DNA of 64,000 bases from Lingula anatina (lineage: Eukaryota > Animalia > Brachiopoda), in contig CM120641.1 in the NCBI GenBank assembly GCA_051362555.1, forward strand, positions 43,406,401 through 43,470,400. Direction: 5' to 3'. The notes under the pieces were generated by a model that worked only from the letters and a program-made list of their open reading frames with translations, ran no database searches and was not told the DNA's origin. Both the position numbers and the translations under genes were made by a program. This document shows positions 27,251 through 41,200 of the stretch, one piece after another (the first letter of the stretch is position 1; every line of letters begins with the position of its first letter).

Positions 27251-29681
27251 TCAGTTGTTCATCTGAACAAGGTTCTCCAGTTCTTCTCTTGCATCAGCTG
27301 CAAATTTTTCAAACTCTGCTATTTTGCTCTCTGCACTTTTCATCTAAAATTATAAGAAAATATCATGATAGAATTGCATGAACTTATTTTGTAGTGGAAA
27401 CTTTCCCTAAAAAACGGCCTAGCTGTCATTTGGATGTTGGTCTCCTCAGACGGCTTATAAAATTTGAGGGATATAACAGCTTGATATCTTGAGATGGCTG
27501 GACAGCCTGGAAATTTTTCCATAAAGTAATTTGATGTACAGGATCCAGATTATAGGCCAATTAATGAGCACATTTTCCCCACTGAAGCTGGAAAAAATTG
27601 GTACAGCTCACAGGTTTATAAACTTATTCTGGTCAGTCAGTAATAATGTTTTTATGCCCAATCACCATAAACATTCACACTATTATTCATACCAAGTAAC
27701 CAAATAACACAAGTTATTGGTTGTTTCAAGATTTGGCCAATTAAGGCCATTTTAAAAATATAACTGTAACAGTAAATTGTGTTAAAATATAATTTTACAT
27801 TGCAACTTATTGTTTCCAAAATATTAAAACAGATGTCAGTGATCAGTAAGACTAATTTTCCAAAGTTTTATGCTGTTATCAGTCAGCACAAATTATCATT
27901 AAATATAACTTACAAAGTTAACTTTATTTCATTTATTTCATTTTTAAGCTTGCAAAGCTTCTTTGTCAATACTTACAATCCTGATAGTTTGTCTTGTACA
28001 TTCAGTCTTGAAAAATTCCGCCATAGTGCAACTATCTCCATGAGCAAGAAATGGACAGCTTGCTGAGTGAGATTCATGCTCCTTCCTGAAAATCAATATG
28101 AATTTCAAATAACTTTGAATAAATGTATGTATCTAAAGGCTTAAGCTGCATTCATTTTCTAAAGCCCCCTTTACACTGGACGGCTTCCTTTCTGCGTCCA
28201 GCAGTACGGCCCTATTTGAGAGTTAAAAAATTATAATACTTTACGTGCCGACAACTGGCCGATCATTGAGCATTCATTCTGATACAAAATCAATGCTCGT
28301 GCCTCCTTATTAAGACCACAGCGATGTCAAATTTCCTGGTCGCAGAAAGGACGCAGAAAGGACGCCGTCCAGTGTAAAGGGGGTATAAGCAATGCTGTCT
28401 AGTCAAATTTTTGTGTTATTTTTCTTTTTTGATGTAGTTTCTCTCTTGGTTTGTTTAATGTTAATAGTGTAAGATTCATTTGCAATACATATGTACCATG
28501 GTTTTAATTAGTAAGTTTTAGACATTTGATTCATGAAGAAGTGAATGGATTTTTATGGCCTGCTCTACAAACTAAAAGAAACTCTCTAGGCTATTAAACA
28601 GTATGCAGCATGGGTTGATCTGTCCTAGTGATTCATAATCACCTTCTTAGTAATGATACTCTTTATGTGGCTCTTGTGTGCTTATAATCCCTATCATAGT
28701 ATAGATCATGATGTATAGTGTAGATGTACAACAAATAGTCCAAGGCTTATCAATTAAAGCACAGGGCACTATGTAAGTTAAAAAAAAAAAAAAAATGGCA
28801 TCCTAAATGCAGATCTGCAGATTTTCAAACAATATTCTAGATACAGTTATTACCATGGGTCATCATCTGGTTCCCAACCTTCCAGTTCTTTACAGCACAC
28901 AAAACACTTCACCAAATCTGGGGCTTGGTCAGTCGGGCAGTGGTAAAATCCTGCAGCTGCCATCTAAATAAATATATTTTAAAAAATTTAAATATCAGTA
29001 TTTGGGCACCCTTTTCCACATGTGTAATACCTGGGTTTTTACTCCAACTCCGTACTCCCTATGGATAGACAAATTGCAAATATTAGTACTAGTTGCTCAA
29101 TCTTATATTTTCAACATCAGGTACATTGTTGCTATTCGAAATAAAATCAGTCATTTGCAGCAACCGTCATATACTGTAAGTAATGATTATACACCTCGCC
29201 TTGACTACTGTAACTCTGCGCTCTGGTTGCACCAAGGAACAGACAAAAATAAATTGTAGCATATTTAAAATATCTCAGCATGCCTCTTAACCTTTCCAGA
29301 TTCTGTTCCACAAGCTTACTAGAAACTTATTTTATGGACTCTCCCTATGGGAGAATATGGCGATTTCATGAAATCCGTTTAAAATACTAAACCGATTTTG
29401 ATCGTTTTTTGGGCGATAAAGTATATAAGTATCTGAATCTGAAACTGAATTAGGTTTGATCCACTCGCCAAGTCACTTGCTCACAGTGAGTGTATACCAC
29501 CCTAACATCAGGGGTTCTAGAATTATGAGAGCAAAATGATAAACAAAAGTTATACCTTTTCAGGAGTGCAAGTACAGTTACTTGTGAATGGCCACTTGTT
29601 AAACGATGCAAGGCGGTGTTCTGGGAGATTGTACCGAAACATCTTCTCCTCTTCTGTCATGTCAATGTCCTCCACTTTCAT
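27251..29681 (-). CDS. BIRC5: Survivin (single-BIR IAP with C-terminal helix); not in ORF track
   Basis: Exons 29556-29681, 28854-28963, ~27976-28085 and 27251-27343 give [92 protein letters not shown]...[21 protein letters not shown]. The C-C-H-C zinc ligands are present. A 5'UTR exon donor lies near 29943. Confidence 0.95.
28163..28385. mobile_element. PIF/Harbinger-like MITE (223 bp) in a BIRC5 intron
   Basis: TIR CCCCCTTTACACTGGACGGC.TCCTTTCTGCGTCC at both ends. TAA target duplication at 28160-28162 and 28386-28388. Confidence 0.88.
29185..29350 (+). mobile_element. Degraded L2/CR1-clade LINE ORF2 fragment
   Basis: Translates to [10 protein letters not shown]...KL, the conserved post-RT motif (SRLDYCNSLL) of L2/CR1 elements. 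Confidence 0.6.
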
Positions 29682-32039
29682 TTTAAATGTGCCAGGTGAA
29701 AACAATCTGCAACAAGGAAATATTTGGATTCAAAAATGGCGGTTCTAATATAAAACAAAGAATAAGTTGGAACAATCCTCTGAATGATAATGCTGAAAAC
29801 AATATCATTACAAGCCCATTACCCCATAAAATAAATAAATATTTTATATAACTTTACTTTCCAGAATTAAATTCAAATTTTTCTTAAAGAGACAATATTA
29901 CAAAATTGACAAAATCTCAATCTTTGTTTTTCTATGTGCTCACTTCCGGTATACACAGCTCTGCCTGAAGCAAAAAAAAAAGTTTGTTGGGTAGAGAGAG
30001 TAATATTCTCTTGCTCGCGAATCATCTCTTGGTTCTTCTTTGCACTAGAGTTTTATGCTGTTTTACCACTTTAATTAAATAATTTAGTTTGAAATGTTTG
30101 AAATGAGCATTGCAAGATACGTGGCGTATAAAATGAACGTTTCACGCTTCTCTGGAAAAAAAGTGGCTTTCACAGCTAAGGCAAATAGGGCCTACCCAAT
30201 GGGGCCCACAAAATTGGTGGCACTTCTCATGATCTTAATTTTGCTTCTTTTTGTATATGAAATTTGCGACAAAAAAGCCTAATATTGAAACGATGTATTC
30301 AAATAAAATTTTTAAGGCTGAACCTTATACTAGTATAATAATATTATTATTTCAGTAGTTAAACGTAACCTCGTGCGACTGCTATTCTGTCTCAAGAAGA
30401 AACCCGACCAAACAAAAGTGACATAACACTAAAGTCAAAGACGGGTAAAGATAAGACGATCGAATGTGCCAGTATGCCAAATCAGTAGGCCCTATACCGA
30501 TTGTAAACTGTCATTCCGGTCAATTTGTATGAAACCTGATGAAACTAGCATGACATCGGCGCTATCTTTTAATATCAATTCGTGCTACACCATACAGCGA
30601 TTGTGACAACCGAGATAACATAAGATCAAGTTCTTTGCGTGAAATTTTAGATACGTTTATTTGATATTTTTATCATTTGTCTAAAGTGTTCTTAGAATAG
30701 AATCGATATCTAACTATAATTACCTTTGTAAACAAATAATTAGTTTTTTTACGGGGTAATTTTCTGCATATGATATAAAAACATAGTATACACGATTTAC
30801 CCTTTACTCGTACTGGTTGCACAAGAACTGACGGAGAACTGGAACAAATGTAGAGAAATTTGAGGAAAAAAAATACACGTAAAATATGTGCTGAACGGGC
30901 GTTCCAGTTTTCTATTCTGAACTGGCTCGACTGGATCTTAGTCGTCGCCCAAGGACTCGACAACCGACTCTCGTTTGAGGAAAACGGATAGATCAGATAT
31001 AAAGAGAAGGAAAAGAAATAAGGGCATAATTTAAAATAAAGCAAGACATTGATAAACAACTGTGAAACTCCTTGAAAAGCCCCATGCAACCCATGTTATA
31101 AATACTCCGAATACTGACCGAATGTCCCATCCTTTACACCCACTTATTTGCATTACCATTTTTAGTGAGTATCATTAAAAATTATTTCCTTTTTGCATGG
31201 AAAATAAGGAACTTTAAAATTTCGTATCATGTTAGCCAAAGTAGTTGCACTCATGATCAGCGATTTGGTTTTATTTCTTTTTATGCGGGTTACGCCGAAT
31301 GTATGGTGAATGGGCGTTTTTATTTCTCTCGTGATTACCGCCAAATTGCTGAAAATTAGGAATTAGGACCAGTTATTAAAAGTGGATGTCAGGCTCACTG
31401 GTGGTTGTATAATAATATATCACATGATGTTGACTGTCCAAATAATCTTCAAGAGATACAGTGATGTGCAGGACACAATATGCCAGTAGTACTTGATATA
31501 GGTCACAGCTAGATAAGATGTTTTGATATAATGATGGACGCTTGAGGAAAAAAAAAAAAACCTGTGATGGATTACATTATAAAAAGCGCACAGATTGATG
31601 ATGCTTTGTTTGTTCGTGGAACATGAAACTCCTCATCTGATTTCTGAAATTAACACTGCGTTTCCTCAGCCGTTTCCTGTGGCAACAAGCACGAGGGACT
31701 TTCAATTCACACTGAATTCAGTCAATTAGATGCTCAATTTAGGACATTTAGGCCTACAATGTAGGCCTTGTCATGCTAGCTGGTAAGAATAAGTTATGAT
31801 TAGTCTGGTTAGTTAGAAGAAAGTGCTGAGGGTGGACTAACTGGAACAATTGGATTCCTAATAATTAGTTTGTTTTTGTTTTAATCGTTTTAACACGTTC
31901 AGCTGGTAACAGAGGTACGTGATACTGTATCATCAGACAGCTTTGGGCTTTACATGTAGTTGATGCACCATAGGCTACCTTGCGGACCTTGTTGTTTTGA
32001 AGCACAACCTTCACTACCATGATTAATTGTCTGAATATA

Positions 32040-32617
32040 ATCGGATAGTAGGCGTGATTTTGACGCATCATGACGCACGCCTTCGTCTAGTTTTGATAAT
32101 TATTTGTAGAAATTAGCAATTTCCATAGTAGGTTTAACAGTTTTGGTCATGGCCCTTCGTTAGTTGATGGCAAATGAAATTATGTGCAATTTTTTCACTT
32201 TGGGGTTTTCATAATTATTCTCCTTAATTCAGTTAATTCCACTCAGACCTGACAGCCAGACTTGATTAATTCCGTCTTTTCTTATCAATCCCTCCCTTCA
32301 AACCTTGCGTTTCATTTTTCATTTCCTCTTTCTTAATTATATGTTTTTCCTACTTGTTTTGATAATTCGGACAATTTTTGTCGTCATTTGAAGTCTGTTA
32401 AGTAACGGGCGTTATTTAGAGTTCTGATACCCGTTAATTCTCAACTTGGTGATAACCTTGAATAAATCTTATCTTGGTTGGCCCTCTAGCGGATGACGTC
32501 ATATTTACATGGTGGAATGGTAAAAACAGCAGAAACCTGTTCACGGCAATATTTTTACTGATCATACCAATTAATAGAAGTAGAAGCCATGTCTTTAAGA
32601 CAGTGACCATGGTAAGT
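32040..32617 (+). promoter_or_regulatory. Candidate promoter/5' exon of the CCSER-like gene with CRE sites
   Basis: Full CRE TGACGTCA at 32494-32501, two TGACGCA half-sites at 32061 and 32071, CpG enrichment, and a consensus donor ATG/GTAAGT at 32611/32612. Confidence 0.45.
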
Positions 32618-34719
32618 TGCTCGCTGTTCTTCAGATCACTGAATTTGAACAGTTTTTCAGTGGGAACTTGGCAGCCACTCGAGGGCAAAATTTGACAGCT
32701 GCGAATATTGGCAGTGGCAGCCAGCCGAGTGTTTGCAGCAATGCTGGCACTTGGTGTGACTCACGGGTCGGCTCACAGATCACATATATATTGTGGACGT
32801 GGCTGTTGATTTGTATAATCGTGTCACTACTTAATTATTCAAACACGAATGACCTTATCCAGCTTGTATTTTGTTTCCTATTTCTGAAAGTGCAGTGAAG
32901 AAGCTGGGGTACATTTTGTGGCCAGTTGCAATTCTCGTTATGTAAGCGTGGTAAAAAAGAAAAAAAAATTCCTATTAGACTACCACCTAAGCTCTGTGGC
33001 TGATTATTCCTGTGTTTCTTAGTTATTGGTGAATGCATTCATACATATAAATCCAAGCTAGCTATCAAACAGTACAACCATACATCTTTACTCTTTATCA
33101 GATCACAGAACATACTGTACAGAGACCATGTTGACATAATTGGGAAGGTTGTGTCAATTGATAAACAAGAAATCTGTGAAAAAGTCCATTGTTTCATGTT
33201 TGTTTATGCCAGTGTACAACTGCTGAATAATGCATTGTTAAGCATGTACCTAACTCACTGATGTGTAACTACAATGTACATGTAGTTGATTTATGTGCCC
33301 AGTCCCAAGTAATTTAAATGCATAGAATATGCAGGTATGGACTGGAAGGACCAGCAGCACAAGGAGAACCTATTTCACATTGTTTAAGTTTACATCAAGG
33401 CAAACATAGTGAGTCATAATATGCAGCCACTATCATTTGTCTCAGCACATAAATATTAAGTATAGAGAATGTGTTGCTGTACTTCTTCGGAGTCCAGGTA
33501 AGTGGTATTATAATGGTCCATATTTAGTTAAATTGAAGTGCAGAATGATGAAGCCAGTTAAAAGTAAACTGCGGTGAACACTATTAGCTGAAAGTAATAA
33601 ATAAGGAAAGCTCATGAACTTTCACAATCAAGTTGTTACCTTCTTCCCTATTATTAATTTTCCATAATTATTATTATAAATGCCATTAATGTCTCCCATT
33701 AACAGGTTACAGTTTACATGTTACCCAAAAGGCGTACATTATGAGTTTATAGGTCAATAGATACTTTGTATGATAAAATATCATTTTAGATATTTTGTAC
33801 ATATTTTCACTATCTTTAGGACTGGCAATACTGATAATACTTCTTTCTGATATTTCTTCACCAAAATGTTTACTGGTTAGTACTGGCATGAGGAAATGTA
33901 ATAATGAAAGCAACCAATCTGGCTTTTGCCCCTGTCTTTTACCATTACAAGGTATGTGTGTAATAGAAATAAGCAAATGTGGACAAGTGTTTTTTTTCAC
34001 CCTTTAAGTGCTATATGTGGTAACCCAGATTGTTACCAGCACGGTCTATTAGAACAATATTAAAGGGTTCCTAACCAAGAAAAGGTTATTGGGGATCAAT
34101 AAAAAGGTCACATTTTGCTGATAAGCTGAATAATATGCTACTATTGATTTTGAGTGGCAGACATAGCATTAAGTCTACTTATCATAAGTGCTGTAGTTGT
34201 GAAATGCAATAAGTGTGCAGAATGTATGGATTTCTTTTTGTTTTGTTATTGGCATTCAGTTACAGGCAGATTTATAGCACTTATGCAGCCATTAATTTCT
34301 GTATTACAAGCTGCATTATTATGTCACATTGATATTTATATTGTACATTGAACCCATAATGTTTGAAATTTTATTTTGAGAACACAGTCATCATCCCATT
34401 TTTTCATCCAAATTACAGCATCAAATATGTTAATTTGCCATTTACACTATGATTTTCAGTACGAGTCCTTGTTTTTGATTATGTTTGAAGATATTTTGTC
34501 AGATCTTGGATATCAACATCCTGAGTTTCAATGTCTATAAGAAATGGCAGCAGCGTGCAGATATTAGAACTTTGATACTGGTAAACTTTGAAATCCAGGG
34601 TAAAAGTTTAAGCGGTTTTTTTAATTGATTCATTATGGGCTGATACTGTATAAAGATCTTGGTTGATATACATGTAGATTAAATTTGTTTTTTTCTTGGA
34701 CATTGGTGACAAAAGTGGA

Positions 34720-34906
34720 CCCTTAGCAAAATGAAAAGTTTGCACCTTCGAGTTTGCAAGAAAAGTTTTACTGCTGCTAATTTGCAGCCATATTGCAGAA
34801 AATTTGCTCAAATTTGCAAGAGGAAATTGCAGTTTGCAGCAATATTGCAGCAAATTTGCTGTAAATTTGCTGCGAATATGCAGCAGGCCTGATATTTTGC
34901 TAAGGG
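34720..34906. mobile_element. Small CMC/EnSpm-like MITE
   Basis: TIR CCCTTAGCAAAAT...ATTTTGCTAAGGG, 2-bp GA flank on both sides, and internal subterminal repeats (tttgcagc/aatttgc). Confidence 0.7.
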
Positions 34907-35905
34907 GAAACTTACTTTGTGTATAAATATGAGTGTGTATTATAAACAAGAGGTGTTATCTTGAGATCAGAATCAGACTCGGGGGCCATTCCTGGTACCT
35001 GATTCACATTAGAACTTTAGATAGAAAAAGCTGATGTTAACTTTCATATCAACTTTTTGGTGTTCTTTAATTCATAATAAATCTGTAGTATTGTAGTGAA
35101 ATGAGTGAATATTGATTTAAAACATAAGCCGTTTCTTTCTTCTTAAAAAAAAAAAGAAAAAAAAGTGCAATGTTTCATTTAATGAACTGCTAATTTAATA
35201 TTTATCATTGGTCAGATTTGACCAAACCTTTGGTCTCAAAGTTTGGACCAAATATCGATCAGTCTATTATAAAATAGTAAGATGCTATGGTATTCTGATG
35301 AGGCTGCTTTTTTTGTCAAAATTGACAATTTCCTTTGGTTTATTTCAAAATTTTTTAAGAACTATCATTCAAGAATTTTACCCCAGAGTGAGTGGTTTAA
35401 AAGACTATAAAGTTTTAAAGGGAAACTTGGTAATTTTTAAGATAACAAAATAACATGAACTTACATTAATCAGAAGTTTAACTTGTAACATAGTTGGATC
35501 TAAGCAGCTACTTAAAGTATGCTGTCCATCTCCCTTTTAAAACTGAAAGCAGACAGGAATTTGATTCAGAATGCTGTCTTACTAGTAATTTGATTCTTGA
35601 CCCTCCCTTACTAGCATTTGAAATAAATCTGCTGTAACATATACTTTTCAATATTGACTTTTTTTGAAAATGTTCACAAAGACAGTCTTTTCTTTCTTTT
35701 TCAATTTTTTTTTTCTTTTTTGAATAAATGTGCACAGCAATATGTCATCTCATATACAGCTGTGCCATCATTATTCAACATCTGTTCAATGCCAAGTTAG
35801 TATGGGCGGCCGTCCAAGGTAGCTATATACTGTATTGCATGTAAGGTGTGCATCACTGGATGGCAATGACAGGTTGTGCTACAATTATTTCTTTAAAAAG
35901 GTTAA

Positions 35906-36010
35906 GGCCACACTTTTTTATTTTTATGGATGACATCCTGCGCGCGCACCGATTTTCGTCCGTTCTCCAAAAAAAAAAAAAAATCCCCCCCCCCAAACCC
36001 CCCCTACCCC

Positions 36011-36041
<31 letters not shown>

Positions 36042-37010
36042 ACACACACACAAGGAAGGCGGTTGTCGCAAACATCGTTATTGAATTTGCCGGAAAATGC
36101 AATCGGCAATTCTCGGCTAATTCCGCAAGCTCCATACTGTCATTGACGACTGCGGAGACATCCGAGTAGTTCCGAGTGCGGAAAATGAGCTTTCTGCGCA
36201 TGCGTATTATCACCACGTGGAAATATGGCCGTTTTGCCGTCAATTTCATATCTAGCATTAATTTCAAAATACACGACAATTAAAGTCATAAAGAGAACGG
36301 GGGCCGTCGTTTTGGATTGGTTTGCCATTGATATTGGACATGAAGATATCACCCTTTTACAATTATACGAAAGGCTGGCCGCGGCCAGCGATCATCGCCC
36401 GGAAAATTTCAGTGACATTCTGTCCAAAGCAGCACATACAAGGTTTTTTTTGTAGCGAAAAAAGGGTCGACAAGAGCGTCGTGGTATTTGGTGGACTGAA
36501 GGTCGGACAGGCCACCCGATAGTTGGCTGCTGCGTGTGAGTCGAAGTAGACAAAATGGCATCGACCGAAATTACCTTAGTAGTAGGAAGCATAGGCCTAT
36601 CTTTGCTTCATTTTTTTTAACAATTCTGTGAAGTGTTTACAATGCTTTAATTTTCTGAGAGTACAAATAAAGACACGCTGTTTATTTGATATTTGTTTTA
36701 TTGATTGCTATACCAACAGAATGCATGAAATAACCTTAAATAGATTTGGTAATATGCAGCATATATATTCATGACTATTAAGTAGGCCCTATTCACAATG
36801 CTTTAATATTTTGGTAGCATGGATAAAGACATGTTGTTAGTTTGATACGTGTTTCTGTGGCTAATTAGTGTTTCCAGCTGTGTACTGAAAACATAACTTT
36901 TCTTAAGCAGTTTTTTTTTTTTTTTTTGGACTGTTTTTTTTTTTTCGCCCGCTCGCACCGACTTTGGGGTCCCCAGAGGATGTCATCCATAAAAATAAAA
37001 CAGTGTGGCC
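35906..37010. mobile_element. PIF/Harbinger-like non-autonomous element (1105 bp) with CpG-rich interior
   Basis: 34-bp TIR GGCCACACT(T/G)TTTTATTTTTATGGATGACATCCT with one mismatch. TAA TSD at 35903-35905 and 37011-37013. Confidence 0.9.
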
Positions 37011-37375
37011 TAATCTATCCATGTGCCTAACTCATGCTTGCCAAGATATTCACAACATCAAAGAGCAGTTGACATTTTGGAGCTCACAGTCAGTCTTTGG
37101 TAAAAAAAGTTTGTAGTCATTTTTATGCTGTGAGATAGTAATGGGAGTCTGCAGCTGCATGTTGAAATCATTTTGCTTGCAATACAGGATGATGATATGA
37201 TATTGTAAGTGTTCTTTTTGGAATAATCATGGCGGAAGAAATTGGATGTAGTTTTAAAATTTGTCACTGTTATGCACTTCCAAGTTCAAAGATTAACTTT
37301 GTTTTATCTGAAGAATTTTGTTCTTTTTATTTCAGGATCAGCCTACCAAGACCCCAGCCACTGTAACCCGTCCTA

Positions 37376-38177
37376 ATGGGTGGTTGCTACTCCAGTAAGG
37401 GGGACCCCCATCCCGCAGAGTTCAACATGTCTAGTCATCAGCACAACGGCTCCAAGCTGCGTTATAAGTCCTACTACGCCAATGGCCCAGGGGGAGGTGG
37501 CGGGGGGTTCGGGTTCAGACCACCCCCTTCTATGGTGCACAAGCCCCAGGGAGTGGTCAATGGAGGAGAGGTAGTAGGAAAGAAACTTGCCATTGGGAAT
37601 GGAGATTTAAGCTCGGAGTCTCCATACAGAGTCATTGCATCAGGACATCAACAACTGGGAAAACAAGCTGGCGATGAGAGTGATGTCATTACCCAGCGTT
37701 CTCAGAGTCCGAACAGCAGTTTAACCAGATCAAAGCCAGGCAGTGGGGCTGGCAGGGGAAGATTTGGCTTTGGATTCAAACCACCCCAAGGGAAGTTAAA
37801 TGATTCCAGTAAGAGTGCTTCCTCTTCCACCCATAGTTTGAACAGCAAGGAGGGGGAGAACAGTGGAGGCTCCCAGGGAAGTTTGTCAGCACTGAAAAAC
37901 TCTGTACAGCATGACAGAAGTGACAACAGACTAAGGTGAATCTAATTTTTTGAAAAAGGATTATTAATGTGATAAACACACCTTGTAGAGCAGAATTTTA
38001 CTCCAACAATGGTACTGCTGTAGGATTTTTAAATTTGTAATTGCTACATTGGACCCAACTTAGGACCCCTGGCTATATGGGTCTTGCTCCCAGTGTTTTT
38101 TGCAAATTTCCTTTTATCTTTTAAGCTGCACTACAAGCATATGCTTTTCAAGGGTCGTAGTACTAGTATGATTATTT

Positions 38178-38224
<47 letters not shown>

Positions 38225-41200
38225 TTAATTAATTAATTAATTAATTAATTTATTTATTTATTTATTTATTTTGGCATACTGACATGCCTTGCTCAGTATG
38301 TCAGGCAAAAAAAAAACTACCCCTGTGCCCCATATCTTATTGTAATTAAATGTATAAAATAAACATTGAAAACCTCCTATGAAAATATCAACATCTTAAA
38401 ATGTTTTTATTAACAATAGTGTTTTGTGACATACCACTGTAAGAATATTGGGACAATAATGTCTTAATGTTTTGTTTGTCTCTGTTACAGATATAACAGC
38501 AAACTGCAGAAAAAGCATCAGCCTCATCAGACACAGTCGGTGTTAGAGAAATCTAGAACTCCAAATGGCAAACCTTCAAATATGTCTCCTACAAAACAGC
38601 GTGGTAATGGCAGCCCAGGAAAGCATGGTAGATATAATGCACAGCTCCATGTTCCCCAGACCATGAAGAAGAGTACTGAAAATGTATCTGAACTGTCTAG
38701 ACCTTCAGGGATCGCCCAGTTTAAAATACCCACAATCACAGCACAGCATCCTGATAATAGGAGTAAGGCTACCAGTAACTCAGATACAGATTTACGCAAA
38801 ATGAACACAAGGACCTTTGCATATCGACCACAACAGCAACAGACCAAGAAAGAAAAATCTGGAAAAAATGAATTCCTGATGGGAAGGAAAATGCAGTATC
38901 AGCCTTTATCATATCATAAAAGGGAAAACGTAGCAGGAGTGAACCCCTGTAAGGATAACAAGATTGAGGAATTGTTGGATAATAATAACAAAGAGAAAGT
39001 CAAGTTGCAAAGTCAAGAGGGACCTGTGTGTGAAAGTGAAGCAAAGATTGAGAGAGAAAATACTGAGAAGGATTCAGATGGGATGCTTTTGCCTCCAGAA
39101 GAGAGACATAAAGAAGATGACATAAATAAGGATGAAAATGATGAACCAAAATCTCTACAACATACAGATTGTTCTTACACATCACAGATTTTGAATGACA
39201 CTTTTACAAAAGATGTTGTTGAAGATGAACCTGATGGAAATATTTTGAATGAAACTTTTACTAAAGTTGATGTTAAAACTGAGGAAGCTGTTGCTTGTAA
39301 GACAAATGCACCAAATGAGGATATTTGTCTCTTGATGCCAGAAAACACTGAACAACAGACTTTTGCAGAAGAATCTAAGACATATTCAAAACCAATCAGA
39401 AAAGATACATATGACATGGACAGTGATAAAGCAGACAGACACCATAATAGGCTGAGAACTAATTCTGCATCTAGGACTCGTAAAGATTCTGACCATTCTG
39501 CTCAGAATAGTCCTAGACCTAAGCATCAGGTGAAGTCTGCGCAGAACAGTCCTAGACCCAAGCAGAGTTCGGCAACATCTGCCCCGTTTAGAGCCCCCTT
39601 GGCCAGGTTTGACTCCGAGGAAACCAATCTGAACAGCATGTCATGTATCTCGTGCTCAAGTCTTGCCTCTGATGACTTAATGATAGATACCGACCTTCAC
39701 TTGGACAGTGTGAGTCTGTCTCAGTCTGAAGGCAGGCTGTCACCTGATCGTACTCAGGGGCTACAGGAGTGTGTCCATGGGGCACAGCAAGGGCAAAGTG
39801 CAATAATTGTCGGTGAAAGTTCTGGAAAGCATAATTGCAGGGACAGATTGGACAGTGAGTCTCAAATCTTGGATGATGTGTTTGATGATGATGAAACTGA
39901 AAGGTAAATATTCAATTTGTAGTATAAGAAATATGCATAATAACTCTGATACTGGAACTTGCGTTAGCAACTGACCTGCCAGTATGTTGAAGTCTCGTTA
40001 GGTAAAAGTTGGATGGTCTGGTCATCTGATATATTGACATCCTAATATCCAGTATCAGAGTTATACATATTTCTCATTCCATTTCTACTGGATGATGGAA
40101 AACATTCATTCATTCTATCTGTATATAAGGTATTTGAAAAAAAAAAACAACAGATATTTGAGGATAAATTCTGATGAAAAAAAGGATAAGGGCAAGAAGT
40201 TGTACTCAAAAAGTTGACAATCATCTCAACCCATGCATCATTTTACTTTGTCTTTGCATTTTGTCAGTTTTATTCATAAACTGTGGCCACAAAAACCCTA
40301 TTAGATGTCTATATATGAAAACCACACATTCACCCTAATGACAATTTACTTTGAAAATGTATTCTGATGCTTCTGTGGTTTGCTTTCTATTCTATTAATA
40401 TTTTCCATGTTGCCAAAAGTTAAAGTTCACTTCTTAGGAAAAAGGCACATTATCTTTTGTTGTCATAAAATTGTTCTAAAATTTCCAGAAAAAAAAGAAA
40501 TAATAAGAGGGACCAGCTTTGCATAGAATTACTCATTGAAAAATATTTATCAGCTCCAAATCTGTAACATGTTGTTATGCCCTTAGAAATCCTTATTTGC
40601 ACTGTCATGACTCTCCCATATAATGCTTCCATTTACCTGTTGGCATCTTTTCTACTTTGGCATTTTGTTCTACACTTCCCTGTAATTATGTGGCACAGAT
40701 ATGGCAGCAGACGATAAAAAGGTATTTTGTCTTCATTTTATTGCATGCTTTTAGCTGATTGGTCAGACATGCTGCCAGTCTTGCGCACTTTGTAGATAGA
40801 ATTTATCAGTTAGTTCCCCCAGTTGTGATCTTTGAGTGCTTTTAAACATACTGATAAAATACTTGATCAGCATTAAGTGGGAGTGATAAGAAAAGTTATG
40901 TGTTGATCTTTTTAGATTATTTTTTCTCCATGCATATTTTTGATGATTGGTTCACGTTGTTTTCATGTGTTATACATTGTTATGATAAGAACTTCCAAAT
41001 TTCAAACATTTCCAATATTTTATTGTATCCAATTTATCATTTAAGTGGATAGTCATAAAAAAGAAGGAAAGAAAGAAAGAAAGAAAGAAAAAAACTATTA
41101 AGGACCCAACTTGCTGTTAGGGTTTTTATATTCTGCTTGATTTTCAAACAATTTTCAAAAAAGTGAATTAATTTTATTTGAATTTTGTGAGCAGTTACAG

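Noticed and set aside
30673-31089. 138-aa minus-strand ORF
   Set aside because: No motif and AT-rich composition. The region looks more like promoter or 5'UTR sequence.
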